From: Octopus vulgaris | Taxonomy: Eukaryota | Assembly (NCBI GenBank): GCA_951406725.2 | Contig: OX597827.1 | Coordinates: 6,820,001-6,884,000 of the forward strand | Length of the DNA: 64,000 bases | Direction: 5' to 3' | Shown here: positions 23,637 through 38,095 of the stretch, in pieces | How the letters are laid out: the number at the start of each line of letters is the position of its first letter | How positions within the stretch are numbered: the first letter of the stretch is position 1 | Program-made: the position numbers and the translations under genes | The notes under the pieces: model-generated | The model's input: the letters and a program-made list of their open reading frames with translations, nothing else | Database searches by the model: none | What the model was told of the DNA's origin: nothing

Positions 23637-24319
23637 TTAAACTGACTGAACCTTTCCCTTCCAACAAACAGACAAACATACTTAAATGAAAGGGTAAGTC
23701 AAAATCAGTAAATAGCTCTAGAATAATATGTAAAGAAATGCAATCTATTTGAATTTCTGTTTTTAAAAAATGTAAAATAATTTAGCAAATAACATGCAAC
23801 CTAAACAAAATTCTGCCAAATAAATGGAAATGAATTTATACAGAAGTTTATATTCAGAAAATAATACACAACCTCTACATAATTTCTATGTATTTGACAT
23901 TGTTCTCTTCTTGTGCTTAGTTGCTATTTACAAGAAACAGTATGAATAAGGCTCTTGCAGTTCTATGATAGAAAAGGTTTCACCATCTGTAACACAATGC
24001 TTAAGAAAACCAACTACACAACTAGTCACATAACATTTAGAAAGTTATAGAAAAGAAAAAATGGCATTCAGAAAGAAGCTAAACAACAGATTTACCTGGT
24101 TAAGAGAAGAGAGAGAGGGGAGATTTGCACTGAGTTGATTAAAAGTATAAAGTATTTTTAAATAGTGAGAAACTGTATAGTGTAAATTTTATTTTCAATG
24201 TGTTGCATAGCAACACAATTATTAGCTTTAAGAATAAATGAAATTAATTATAGAAATTAAAATAAGACGGTCTTAAGTTACTCTTATGAAAATGGTAGAA
24301 CAAGTCTTTTACCTGTGAT

Positions 24320-24451
24320 TTTTTATCTTTTACTTGCTTCAGTCTTTGAACTGCAGCCATGCTGGAGCACTGCCTCGAAGGATTTACTTGAACAAATTAA
24401 CCCCAGTACTTGTTTTATAAACCTGTTACTTATTCTATCAATCTTTGTTGA

Positions 24452-24500
<49 letters not shown>

Positions 24501-24980
24501 CATGACCACCGTGACCGACCAGGCTATCAGATGTTGCTACACATCGCTGGTCACAATGCACTTCGCATTGTTTTAGCCTCCAAATTACGCCACCCCACTG
24601 GCTAAGCGAGCAGGCCAACAGAAGAAAGAGTCAGAGAAAGTTGTGGCGAAAGAGTACAGCAGGGATCGCCACCCCACCCCCCTGCCAGAGCCTCATGGAA
24701 CTTTAGGTGTTTTCGCTCAATAAACACTCACAACGCCTGGTCTGGGAATCAAAACTGCGATCCTACGACCATGAGTCCACTGCCCTAACCACTGGGCCAT
24801 TGCGCCTCCATATATATATGTATGTATCTATGTACATATGTATGTAAACATACAACAGGCTTCTTTCAGTTACTATCTACCAATCCACCCACAGCTACAG
24901 TGGAAGATGACACACAGTGGGACTGAACCCAAGCTCACATGGTCTGGACGCAGGCATCTCAACCACACAGCCACTCCTGA
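24320..24980 (-). mobile_element. Old SINE A copy split by (TA)n and a family B SINE
   Basis: 3' part 24320-24450 and head 24850-24980 are collinear around the insert. Confidence 0.7.
24497..24810 (-). mobile_element. tRNA-derived SINE family B, tail type 2
   Basis: Same head and body as the 17478 copy, different 3' ~120 bp; TA repeats on both sides. Confidence 0.85.
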
Positions 24981-25713
24981 TAGCTGATAAAGTATAAGTT
25001 GATGCAATAATGACTGAGTAGTTATTTAGTGCCAGTTCAACCTTGATTAGGCAAATCTATAGTCAAAAGCATTCCATCCCTAATCTTCTTGTCTATTTTA
25101 TGGGCCTAGAACTACATATTTCTGGAGAAACAACAGTAAGATAGGTTTTTAGCTAATTACCTTTTAATTACTTTAAATGGCTTATAAACACCTTCCACGC
25201 TGCAATTGTTTTCGTTCCAGCACACAATCTCAGATCAGGTCATTTGCTATGCAAGTACATCTCAGTAATAGCTTCTAATTGTTTCAGGCATAAAACTGCA
25301 GCCATGCTGTGGCACTGTCTGGAACAGTTTTTCATTGAATGAATTGACTCTGGCACATTTTTTTCAAGCCTGATACTTATTCTATCAGTCTGTTTCTCCA
25401 AACTGCTAAGTTAAGTGGTCATAAATACACCATCATTAAATGTCAATCGGTAGGTGGGAGACAAACACAGACACGAAGGCACACACATACATCTACACAC
25501 ACACACAAATATATATATATATAAATGGAACAAAAACATTCAGACAGATAGACGATACAAAGGCAGATAGGAGAAACAACAATTAGGACAGGCAAAAAAA
25601 GATGGGTCGTTGTTGGCCTTCTTTCTTCAGTCAAGTATACCAGAAGTCCTTACTGTTTCAGGTAGTTACACTTAAAGCAGTTCGATCTGTTTGCCCCCAT
25701 ATGTATATGTATG

Positions 25714-26130
<417 letters not shown>

Positions 26131-27216
26131 TGTTTATCCAGGGCTTAGCAAGTATTTCCAGAACCTGAATGTAGGCTGCAGAGTTAACTCTAAGGCCTTA
26201 TGGAAAGAAGTAAGAAGGCATCACATGTCCTTCATTGCTGACAACTCCTGAAACCATGACAGTCGCAGGAAATTTTATATGCATAAAAACTTTAGGAAGG
26301 GAACGAGAGGTCTGATCTGAATGCTAAATTTACTAAACAATACAGAAATTCCAGACCTCTGTTGGTCTTGTGAGAGCATGAGTTTGCAACTGGAAAGATC
26401 CTTTCTAATGTATAAGGTTGGGCAAAATTTTTATGGAAGACCAGTAGCTGCCCATACTTGCAAGTATTACTCCTTTCCACCATGGAAGTTGTCCAGGAAA
26501 ATGACAATGACTAATACAGCTTAGAACCAGTGTTGCTGCCAAAATACAAGGCATCTCATCCAGAAGTCTAATAATTCCAAAAATCCACTCTGAACTGCTA
26601 TCTTATTTATAAACCCAAAACGATTAAAGGCAAAGCTGGCTTCAACTGGGTTTGAACTCAGAACACTCTGTTAGAACAAGTATTACAAGACATTTTATCC
26701 AACACTCCAATGATTCTGCTAATTCAGAGTCTAAATTAAAAAATGGTACTCACTTTAGCAATGTTAAAGGCATGAAAGTCTTTCTAAAATCATTACATAA
26801 TTAATAGAAAATGTAGTTTATTTTTAATTTCTCTAAAAAACAAAATGTCATTTTAGAAATTTTATAGAAAGTTTCATAATGATTTATGCTGAATTTCTAT
26901 ACTTTGAGGTTCATGTCTGAATGATCATTTTCTTTTAAACATTATTTCAGATCTAATTATTTTAAAAATTAAATGTCAATGATGAGTTATTGTTCATAGC
27001 ATAATAATTTTGCAGACTATTAACTTCAGCTTTCGTGGTTAGAACTGCCTCAGTATTTACATCTATCCATGTTTCAGTTAATTCTATCTCCAGTAGTCAT
27101 CAGAGTTTTATTTTTGGATGTGTACATAGTACCAGAATGGATTTGCAACAGGAATCTCTATTTCTAAGTGGTTTAGGTCACTGACACATGTATACTAGTC
27201 GTTGAAAATGTTATAT

Positions 27217-27855
27217 ACTCTTTTTTCTTTTACTCATTTCAGTCGTTTATCTGTGGCCATGCTGGAGCACCACCATGAAGGCCTTTAGTTGAACAAATCT
27301 ACCCCAGGACTTATTTCTTATTCTACTGGTCTCTTTTGCTAAACTGCTAAGTTACAGGGATGTAAACACACTAACACCAGTTGTCAAGTGTTGATGGTGA
27401 GGTGCAAACAAAAATAATACTGATGCAATGTCATTTACTGCATCTTCTGCTCTTTCTGCCCTTCTCTGTACATTAGTCAAATGGGATGCCGCTTGGCTGA
27501 CCAGTTTGCAGAGCACCTCCAAGACATCAGACTTGGCAATGACACCCCGGTCTCATGCCAATTCCACTCTACCAGTCATTCACTGCAACACCTGTCTGTA
27601 TTCAGATTGTCTTTGCACAGGGGCCATCTGGACTCCTGCCTTTACTGTGAACAAGAATTAATCTTCTCTCTTCAGTCCTTTGCGCCATTTGAGCTCAACT
27701 CCCCTTCCTCTCCTCTCTTCACTCCTACCCACCTTTTCTCTTCGTTCATACCCACGCCCACTACAAAATACCCCCACGCCTCCACCCCTTTCTCTCTTTC
27801 CCGAGCATCAAACTAATACACCTGTCTTCATCTTCTGTTTTTCTGTAAATTTCAA

Positions 27856-27906
<51 letters not shown>

Positions 27907-28065
27907 GTGCTTCTTTCAGTTTCCATCTACCAAATCCACTCACAAGGCTTTGGTCAGCCTGAGGGTATAGTAGAAGACATTTGCCTAAGGTGTCACACAG
28001 TGGAACTGGACTCAGAACCATGTTGTTGAGAAACAAGCTTCTTACCACACAGCCACACTTGGGCC
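27217..28065 (-). mobile_element. Old SINE A copy split by a Penelope-like fragment
   Basis: 3' part 27217-27410, 5' part 27905-28065. Confidence 0.75.
27427..27860 (+). mobile_element. Penelope-like retroelement 3' fragment: GIY-YIG endonuclease remnant plus 3' end
   Basis: 27427-27699 NVIYCIFCSFCPSLYISQMGCRLADQFAEHLQDIR...PVSCQFHSTSH...EQELIFSLQSFAPFELN fits the PLE pattern VIY-CxxC-YIG...EH...H...E...GLN with substitutions; ends at (TA)n. Confidence 0.88.
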
Positions 28066-28391
28066 TTTAGTTTGAAAACAATAATTGTTCTTAGCATAAG
28101 CGCAAGGCCTGAAATTTGGAAGAAATGGTTAGTTGATTTAATTGATTCCAGTACTTGAATGATACTTTATTTTATCAGCCTAGTGGAATAAAAGACACAG
28201 TAGCAAGATTTGAACTCATAATGTAAAGAGATAATTCCTCAAGGCATTTTGTCCATTGCTCTAACAATTCTACCAATCCATTATACTAAGTTTAAAAATA
28301 GTAATAACCTTCAGTTTGAACACAGCCATATTATGTACACTTATATGTATAAGACACCTGGTACTGATGAGAAATCAAACCAATCACAACA

Positions 28392-28792
28392 TACTCTTTA
28401 CTCTTTTCAGTCATTTGACTGCGGCCATGCTGGAGCACCACCTTTAGTCGAGCAAATCGACCCCGGGACTTATTCTTTGTAAGCCCAGTACTTATTCTAT
28501 CGGTCTCTTTTGCCGAACCGCTAAGTGACGGGGATGTAAACACACCAGCATCGGTTGTCAAGCGATGTTGGTTAGGACAAACACAGACACACAAACACAC
28601 ACACATACACATATATATATACATATATACGACAGGCTTCTTTCAGTTTCCGTCTACCAAATCCACTCACAAGGCATTGGTCGGCCCAGGGCTATAGCAG
28701 AAGACACTTGCCCAAGATGCCACACAGTGGGACTGAACCCGGAACCATGTGGTTGGTTAGCAAGCTACTTACCACACAGCCACTCCTGCACC
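28392..28792 (-). mobile_element. SINE family A, full length
   Basis: Matches family consensus. Confidence 0.92.
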
Positions 28793-29061
28793 AGAAGTAC
28801 ACTTTATGATACAACATAGTGTAAATCAACTTCATATTATGCCCATCTTTCCACTGTTATTGACTTGTCTTGGTCATCACAGCCAATGTCATCTGGCTCA
28901 CAAAACAGCAGAGGAAAAACTAACTAACTTTGATGTTCTGTATGACTTAAGTACACTTTATCATACCAGAAATATTTGTTAAAAGGTTTATAAATATACA
29001 CAGAAAGAAGCTCTAAAGATTCTCCTTTATCTTATATCAGTTCCAATTTAGATATATATAT

Positions 29062-29290
29062 TTCTTTATTACCCACAAGGGGGTAAACATAGAGGGGACA
29101 AACAAAGACAGACAAACGGATTAAGTCGATTACATCAACCCCAGTGCGTAACTGGTACTTAATTTATTGACCCCGAAAGGATGAAAGGCAAAGTCGACCT
29201 CGGCAGAATTTGAACTCAGAACGTAATGGCAGACGAAATACGGCTACGCATTTCGCCTGGCGTGCTAAGGATTCTGCCAGCTCGCCACCT
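29062..29290 (-). mobile_element. SINE family D
   Basis: Closely similar to 19097-19330. Confidence 0.8.
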
Positions 29291-29914
29291 ATTTAGATAT
29301 ATTGCCCTTCTAGGTGAGTCGTCTGTGATGTAGTTTGAAGAGCCCACATTTTGCCCATTTTATCTCTCCTCATGAAGTTAAGTGTTTAAATAAATTAAAA
29401 TCTCATTTACACTTGTAATATTTGGATAAATGAATTAATCCCTTTTTCCAATTTCCTCATTTTATTTATTTTTTTTACACCATTTCACCATTCCATATTT
29501 TTCTAGATTTATTCAACGATATTCATTTTTATTTATTTATTTTTTTGTTTTGGTATTAATAAAATGAATTAAGTCATTCAAGTGCTGATTAGAATGTTTT
29601 GCAGTATATACTCCTGTTCTCAGTACTTTGAGTTCAAACCCAGCTGAAATCAACTTTGCTTTTCACCCTTTTAGGATCGAAAAATAAAGTGATATTTAAC
29701 AGTGATGAATCAGTGGGATTCTTAGAGTGCCATATGAGTTGCCTTGTGGTATCTGCTCAAACTCTTGGTGTTCTAACAGTAATACCAACAATGACACTGG
29801 TGCCAAGCAATAACAATTTCTTTTGATGAGTTCATGAAGGTAAAGCCTAGTCAATTGAACTAGCTCCATTATATTAATACTTACTGGTGCTAGTGAGCAA
29901 TGCAAGATAAATCA

Positions 29915-30219
29915 TTTATCTTTTACTTGGTTCAGTCATTTGGCAGTGGCCACGCTGGGGCACCACCTTGAAGGGTTTTATTTCAATAAATCAACCCCAG
30001 GACTTAATTTTTATAAACCTAGTATCTATTCTATAGGTCTCTTTTGCCAAACTAAGTTACAGGGAACAGAAACACACCTACAACGGTTTTCAAGCAATGG
30101 TGGGAATGAGCACAGACACAAAGACACACACACACACATATGTGTGCTGTGCAGTGGGATTGAACCTGGAACCATGTGTTAAGGAAGCCAGCTTCTTATT
30201 ACAGAGCCACACTTGCACC
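29915..30219 (-). mobile_element. Old, deleted SINE family A copy
   Basis: Diverged match to tail and head. Confidence 0.7.
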
Positions 30220-31094
30220 AAAGTTAACTTTGGCAACATATGAACATTAAAGTACACAACAGTAAAATATCTAGACCAGAATTCTTTCAGATTATCTACA
30301 AAATTAACATAAAATGCAAAACAAGATATTAAACATTATCCTAAGATCTAAAGCTTTCTAATACCAATTGATCATACAAAATACTTAACAGTTTCTCTTA
30401 TTTTATGATAGATCAAATGACTAAATCATCAAACCTGATATATTTGATCCTTCAAAAAACTGATAAATTTACAAACCATGTTCTGTACCAAATAAACTTC
30501 CAATGTTGTTCACAGAAATCTATACTGATTGATTTTTCTCCTAAAAATCTGAAAAGTAAATTTTTCAAGAGAAAATTTGAAAATGCATATTTTGTAAAAC
30601 TAAATTTAATTATTTCTTTCAAGTACGTATTTTTATCTTTTATTTTACCTTTGCTAATAAAAATAGATTCCTCAATTATTGGCCAAAAGATATGAATTAT
30701 GATGGAATATAAGTCAAACATATATATATATGTATGTATGTATGTATCTATATCTATATGAGGGTGGGAGTGTAAATATATATATGTATAAGTATATGTG
30801 TGTATATATTTGTGTGTGTGTGTGTGTGTGTGTATTTAGTATAAACTTTCATGAGATATATTTGAACAACTCCTCTTAAATATTATATATACATATCAAC
30901 TTATCTCTATCTCTCTCCCTATATAAATACACACACACACACACATATGCATATATATATATTATACATTATATAGACCTATATGTCATATATAAATATA
31001 TAGTGTATATATATTTTATTTATCTGTCAACACACACAGACACATAACATTTTATTATATTAGGTTTTCAATAAATGGAAATAAGAGTACTTGG

Positions 31095-31355
31095 CATTTT
31101 TGTAAATGTAAATAAACCTGCACATTTGTATGCTGTGTTAGGGATGAGAAATCCAAGGTTTCATATAGGGTTCTTATTCAGATAAAAATATGATGTTATC
31201 TGATAAATTTCAAACCTAATCTATTCAGTACTTTCCACTATATATACAATATATCATATTTTCATATTTCTCTGAATAAGAGCCCTGTTTCAATCATTGA
31301 TTCCATGTCCCTATCAAGGCATACAAACTTTTTCATATTTGCAAATTTTATTAAG
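31095..31355. repeat. Decayed inverted repeat (old MITE-like)
   Basis: TAGGGTTCTTATTCAGA inverted to TCTGAATAAGAGCCCTG; TTTGTATGC inverted to GCATACAAA. Confidence 0.6.
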
Positions 31356-31773
31356 AAACAATCAAAAGTGGATGCTTGGATATTTCCAGTCAAGTTTGCA
31401 ATATGAATTGTTGCCCAAACAAATAAAATAAACATTTATTGGAAATCACAATTCAATGAGGAAGAAGGGAAAATAAACTAGGAAAAAGAAAATTACAAAG
31501 GACAAACTGACATATAAGCATATAGATAGAATGTAAACTAAGAATTTTAGGAGAATAAAATGTGTGATATTGAATATAGGAAGAAGTTATTAATAATTTA
31601 AAATATAGAGAGAAAAATCAAAAATTAAAATCTCAGCAGAAACATACATTTATACACAGATACATACAGATATACATAGATATATACATATGAATATATA
31701 GGTAAATAAATAAGTATATATATACATATATACACACACACATATATATACATACAGACACAATTATATCTAC

Positions 31774-31816
<43 letters not shown>

Positions 31817-31833
31817 GACACACACATATATCT

Positions 31834-31870
<37 letters not shown>

Positions 31871-32159
31871 ACCACACACTTACATATGCATATGCACGCA
31901 TATTTTCTTTTCAAATTTTATCTCTACAGCTTACACCTTTCAAAGGATGCCTGAAATACATTTAGAACATAACAGGATTTAACAATAACTAAACATATTA
32001 TACCAAAGTAATGTTTCCTCAATCATCCACCACCACCACCACTAACAACAACAACAACAACAAAAGGAAAAAAAGCTAAATTAGATAACAAGAAACAAAA
32101 CAAATTTAATACAAATCTCTGTAATAACAAACTTGCTATAGGAAATGATCATGTTTCTG

Positions 32160-32419
32160 GGTGTTTATGTGTGTAAACACATGTGTGTGTGCATATGTGT
32201 GTATGTGTGTGTGTATTTGTGTGTGTATACATGCATATGTATATATATATATGTATGTATATATGTATATATGTATATATGACTGTATGTATGTCTGTAT
32301 GTATGTATGTATGTATGTATATATGTATGTATGTATATATGTATGTATGTATATATATGTATGTATATATGTATGTATGTAAATGTATATGTGTGTGTGT
32401 GTGTGTGTGTATATGTATG

Positions 32420-32454
<35 letters not shown>

Positions 32455-32652
32455 GCAGGTATGTATGTAAATGTATGTATATATGTATGTATGTCTGTAT
32501 ATATATATATATGTTTATGTGTGTAAGCACATGTGTGTGTGTATATGTGTGTGTGTATTTGTGTGTGTATACATGCATGTGTATATATATATATATTTAT
32601 ATATATGTATGTATGCAGGTATGTATGTATGTAAATGTATATATGTATGTGT
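32160..32652. repeat. (TG)/(TATG)/(TA) microsatellite array
   Basis: Direct inspection. Confidence 0.95.
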
Positions 32653-32654
32653 GT

Positions 32655-33945
32655 GTTGTGTTGTCAGAAAATTTTGTTCATTTTTTTTTTACCCCATTTA
32701 TCTTAATCTTTATTTTTCATCAACAATTTTAATAAATCAGTCAATAATATGTTGTTCATCATGTAGTTCACAACTTTTTGCCAATGTTCCACAAGTTTGC
32801 TAATGCTTTGATGGTAGAATTCATTGGATCCCAACTTGAAGAATTTATCGAGCCATATTTTCACCACCTGCTGTTGAACAAAATGCCTCACAGACTCTTG
32901 GAGAATGACCAAAACAGTAAAACAGTAATCCGAGGTCACTATATCAGGTGAGTATGGGGCATGTGCTAGAATTTCCCAACCAGGCTCTTGAGTAGCATTT
33001 TTGGTTAAATTAGTGACATGGCGCTGAGTGTTGTCATGTTGAAGAATGATACCATGTGATGGTCAAGTCATTTCGGTCTCATCCATCAAGAGAAGGTGAG
33101 AGACATCTGTATCATGAGAGCATCCAATCTGCAAGACCAATTCCTAAATAGATTAACATAAATCCTCATGGATGAGTTCATGCAGCTGATCCTCATCACA
33201 CTGAACAGGTCAGCTGGAATACAGGGAGTCAAAGAGGCTGGATTTCCCCTCATTGGTTCATCAAGACTATTTCGATGTAGTTAAGTAGCTTGCTTACCAA
33301 CCACATGGTTCCAAGTTCAGTCCCACTGCGTGGCATCTTGGGCAAGTGTCTTCTGCTATAGCCTTGGGCCGACCAATGCCTTGTGAGTGGATTTGGTAGA
33401 CGGAAACTGAAAGAAGCCTGTCGTATATATGTATATGTGTGTGTGTGTGTGTGTTTGTCCCCCTAGCATTGCTTGACAACCGATGCTGGTGTGTTTACGT
33501 CCCCGTCACTTAGCGGTTCGGCAAAAGAGACTGATAGAATAAGTACTGGGCTTACAAAAGAATAAGTCCTGGGGTCGATTTGCTCGACTAAAGGTGGTGC
33601 TCCAGCATGGCCGCAGTCAAATGACTGAAACAAGTAAAAGAGTAAGAGTATAGTGCCTTCCCCATACTCAGCACTATTGCCTCAAAGAGCTTTGGAATTT
33701 TGATTGAAACTCAAGAGAAACAGGTGGTGAAAATGCTTGTTTGTTTTTTCTACATGCCATTCCATTGTCATCTGTCAGAAAAGCAGTAAAATTTATTCAA
33801 TTTTCAAAAACGATAAAAAAAAGTTGCAGAAATTTAGAGCTACAAAATAAAGCCCCATAAAACACTGTGATAAAAAGTATTTTTCATTTTCGTTCAAATA
33901 ATATTGGAAAGGAACAAATGAATTTATCTGAAAACCTAACAACAA
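32655..33945 (-). mobile_element. Degenerate mariner element interrupted by SINE A
   Basis: GWEILAHAPYSPDIVTSDYC...FYHQSISKLVEHWQKVV (YSPDLAPSD motif) at 32700-32985; N-terminal HLFLLSFNQ...YGEG near 33650-33730; diverged TIR-like ends. Confidence 0.8.
33282..33650 (+). mobile_element. SINE family A (5' ~20 nt missing)
   Basis: Matches consensus. Confidence 0.9.
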
Positions 33946-33986
33946 CGGTTGCATGCGTGGGCGCACACACACACACAACTCTTTCA

Positions 33987-34374
33987 TCTTTATATATAAA
34001 AGTGAAGTTGTGTGCTGTCTGTCTCCTACGATTTAGATTCCTAACTACTCCCACATTTTGCAATGCAGTGTAACCAAAAGCGGGTATCTTATAGTCGTGA
34101 TTCATATCGAGCCCTTCTGGGTATTAGCGCGCGTCTACGATGAGTCTACGATTTAAAAAAAATTTACCATTTTTTCCCATTTTTAATGCATTTTTTGCTA
34201 TTATATAAGGGAAGTAACTCTCTAAAAATGTATTATTAAATCTCAACGTAAAAAGCTACAGTAACCCCCTTTGTGGTTAGCCATATTGAGATGGCTATTA
34301 TACTTTACATCTCTAAAAATGCTTATATAGTTATTTCCTTTACAAACCCGAGCAACGCCAGGCGATACTGCTAG
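33987..34374 (+). mobile_element. Non-autonomous Helitron
   Basis: 5' TC(TTTATATATAAAAG), 3' GC-rich imperfect hairpin CCCGAGCAACGCCAGG then CTAG; inserted between A and T with no TSD. Confidence 0.85.
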
Positions 34375-35039
34375 TATGTATATAAAATTCAAAGTACAGG
34401 AAATTAGTGCCTTTCAGTTATGTATTAAAGAATACTCAACATTTGTATTGAGTTAGTAATTTATCACCACTGGTGAATCAACAGATTTATATATATATTT
34501 ATACATATGTACATATACATATGTACACACATACTCATGAATGGTTGTGTTCATATGAATACCTGGATGGTTCTTTTAGATTTATTGAAGCTTTTTCTTT
34601 AATAGAATTCAAGCCAATCACTTACAACAAAGTGACAACCTCTTTTGTTTAAATCAAAACAGATCTTGGAGTTGTAAGTGTATTTAATTTAATCGTGTGT
34701 GCATACGTGTACATGCTTGTGGATAAACCTGTATTCAAGTAGTGGGTGTATATCTCACTTTAGTATATAAGTGTGTTTGTGTGACATTACTTCATTATTA
34801 CTGCATGAGTGTTCAATCTGATTGTTTATGTAAAACCCAGGAACTTCAAATGGAAAATACTTAAATGTCCATGTTTTGGTTTCTTGGAGAACCCCAGTAT
34901 TTCTAGGCATTTATATGAATTTGTCATAACAAAAAGCCTAGTACATCCATGAAAATGGGTAGAAATGAAAATCTCTGTTTACATTTATATGGAGAAACAT
35001 GAATATATGCAATGTGCTATATAAATAATATATACGTAT

Positions 35040-35446
35040 AGGCGCAGGAGTGGCTGTGTGGTAAGTAGCTTGCTAACCAACCACATGGTTCCGGGTTCAG
35101 TCCCACTGTGTGGCATCTTGGGCAAGTGTCTTCTGCTATAGCCTCGGACCAACCAAAGCCTTGTGAGTGGATTTGGTAGACAGAAACTGAAAGAAGCCGG
35201 TCGTATATATGTATATATATATATATATATATATGTGTATGTGTTTGTGTGTCTGTGTTTGTCCCTCTAGCATTGCTTGACAACCGATGCTGGTGTGTTT
35301 ATGTACTCGTCACTTAGCGGTTCGGCAAAAGAGACCAATAGAATAAGAACTGGGCTTACAAAGAATAAGTCCCGGGGTCGATTTGCTCAACTAAAGGCGG
35401 TGCTCCAGCATGGCCATAGTCAAATGACTGAAACTAGTAAAAGAGT
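35040..35446 (+). mobile_element. SINE family A, full length
   Basis: Matches consensus. Confidence 0.92.
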
Positions 35447-35737
35447 ATGTATGTATGTGTGTGTATGTATGTATATGCATGTATGTACAAGTATGTATAT
35501 ATATATGTATATATCTATATATAGTAATAATTTCTGTAGTGTAAGTAATAGTAATTACTCTACAGGAAACAGGCTGTCCTGAACAGGATACTCAGATTTA
35601 CCCAGTGAGAAAAGTTACCAGAGCCTAGCAACTTATTGTTAGCTTGGGTATCACAAAAGGGTTGTTGTGGTTAGCCAGTCTCTGAAACTGAATTAAGTGG
35701 AAACACGGTTGCCACCAGGATAATGTATGTATGTATG

Positions 35738-35780
<43 letters not shown>

Positions 35781-35954
35781 TACAAAAGGGGACAAGAACG
35801 CAAAACACACAAAGAGACGACACAAAAAAAACAGATGGGTCATTCGAAGCCTCTAATCTTCAGTCAGGAACCGGATCATCTTAGCAATTTCGGCTGAAAG
35901 ATAAACTCCACACAGATGGTGCTCAAACCCTATTCAGCTTAAATTTCTATAAGG

Positions 35955-36812
35955 CTTACTGGAAGTCACTTGAAAAACAGATACCCCAGCAGGACTGGCC
36001 TAAAAGCCTCTCCATGCAAGACATAGATATGAAACTCAACAAATTCACGTCAATAATGTGAGCCATGTGCATTAAATATGTCCCAGAGAAGAGAGCCAAT
36101 GCACACAAAAACATTATTCCCTGAGACAGGAGAATACTCATGTGGTGGGGAATTAAGATCTTGAATCATTTAAATAAACACCTCAATGACAGTGAGAAAT
36201 CCCACCTGACAGAGGAACTCTTTGAGATGGAAAATAAACTTAAAATCTCCCATGAAAATGAAAAAAAACCTGGACAGTCAAAAATATAAAAGGAAATCCT
36301 AAAGCCTTCTGCATGTTAGCAAAGGAGTCTGCCTCAGTATACAATAAGATAGGGCCACTATTTGGTAAAAACACTTCACTAACTGCAGATCTAGGGAAGA
36401 TAAGTGAAGCACGGAATAAACAATATCAAAGTGTTTTCACTTCTCCACTGGAAAATATGTAAATAAACAAGTCTGAGGAGTTTTTCAATGTAACAAATCT
36501 ATTTGGAAAAGGGACAACCATCGATTACATCAACATAACAGAAGAGGATGTAATATCAGTCATTGATGAGACTTTCTGAAGAGCAGGAGTCAGAGAGTTG
36601 TAGCCAATGGTGCTCACCCTGAAGAGACACCAATTCTCAGCGAAGTCCCACAGGGAACTGTACTGGGGCCACTACCATTTGTGGTAGCCCTCTCAGACAT
36701 GCCCTCTATGGTACAGTCAGTCAATCTGACCAGTTACGCTGATGACTCAAAAGTATCGCAGGCAGTTAGGAACCCAGAAGACATCATAAAACTGCGGAAA
36801 GACTTGAATGAA
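35955..36812 (+). pseudogene. CR1-like LINE ORF2 remnant (reverse transcriptase, internally deleted)
   Basis: VPQGTVLGPL...LSDMP...LTSYADDSKV; upstream KGNPKAF and NKQYQSVFT motifs; stops and frameshifts. Confidence 0.88.
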
Positions 36813-36882
36813 ATATACATATGTATATATATATATGTGTATCTGTATATATATATGTATATGTATATATGCATGTGTATGT

Positions 36883-37185
36883 GGAGACCCCCTTTGGTCA
36901 CGAATGACCATGGGATTGCACCTCAGAGACGCAAGTCCGGGCAAGGTTGTTTATGGAAAACAAGCAGTCACCCATGCCCACCACCAATGTCATCCAAGGA
37001 AAGGTCAAAGCCCCATACTGCTTGGCACCTGTGACGTGACAACTCATTTCTACAGCTGAGTAAACTGGAGCAACATGAAATAAAGTGTCTTGCTCAAGAA
37101 CACAACACACAGCCCAGTCTGGGATTCGAACTCACAACCTCACGGTTGTAAGTTCAACGCTCTAACCACTGAGCCTTGTGCCTTC
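36883..37185 (-). mobile_element. tRNA-derived SINE family C
   Basis: Homologous to 14038-14366. Confidence 0.8.
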
Positions 37186-37189
37186 GTTT

Positions 37190-37224
37190 GAATATATATA
37201 TATGTGTGTGTGTGTATATATATA

Positions 37225-37257
<33 letters not shown>

Positions 37258-37374
37258 GTGTGTGTGTGTATACATATATATGTGTGTGTGTGTATACATA
37301 TATATCTGTGTGTGTGTATACATATATATGTGTGTGTGTGTATACATATATATGTGTGTGTGTGTATACATATA

Positions 37375-37408
<34 letters not shown>

Positions 37409-37445
37409 CATACATGTTTGTGTGTATGTGTGTATACACACATAT
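37190..37445. repeat. 24 bp higher-order TA/TG repeat
   Basis: TATATATGTGTGTGTGTGTATACA repeated about five times within a TA/TG tract. Confidence 0.9.
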
Positions 37446-37715
37446 ATTTTCAAAACCTATTCCATTTCTGAAGCAACATGTAGATGTCTTTATAGATGTG
37501 TTATTTAGCTACGTATCGCTATGTCAATATCTATATAGATACACTTTTAAGCGCCCACCTACATTTTAGATGTCTATATACAAGCTTGCTTTAGATGTTT
37601 ATTTCCATGTATTTTTTTGTTTTCATACATGTTTTTTGTTTAGATATCTCTGCTGATGTAGATGTTTGCATATAATTTGTTTTAGGTGCCTGTATACATT
37701 TTTAAATACCTATAT

Positions 37716-38095
37716 ACAGGAGTGGCTGTGTGGTAAGGTTCTGGGTTCAGTCCCACTGCGTGGCACCTTGGGCAAGTGTCTTCTACTATAGCCTCGAGTT
37801 GACCAAAGCCTTGTGAGTGGATTTGGTAGACGGAAACTGAAAGAAGCCCGTCGTATATATGTATATGTGTGTGTGTTTGTGTGTCTGTATTTGTCCCCCC
37901 AACATTGCTTGACAACCGATGCTAGTGTGATTGCGTCTCCGTAACTTAGCGGTTCGGCAAAAAGAGACCGATAGAATAAGTACTAGGCTTACAAAGAATA
38001 GGTCCTGGGGTCGATTTGCTCGACTAAAGGCGGTGCTCCAGCATGGCCACAGTCAAATGACTGAAACACGTAAAAGAGTAAAAGAGAGAAAGAGT
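37716..38095 (+). mobile_element. SINE family A (small deletion in head)
   Basis: Matches consensus. Confidence 0.9.

Noticed and set aside
35775-35910. TA-adjacent pLTR-like segments and weak hammerhead-like layouts here and near 25520-25700, 38365-38410, 43950-44010 and 51480-51535
   Set aside because: Too many core or helix defects to call without a family consensus
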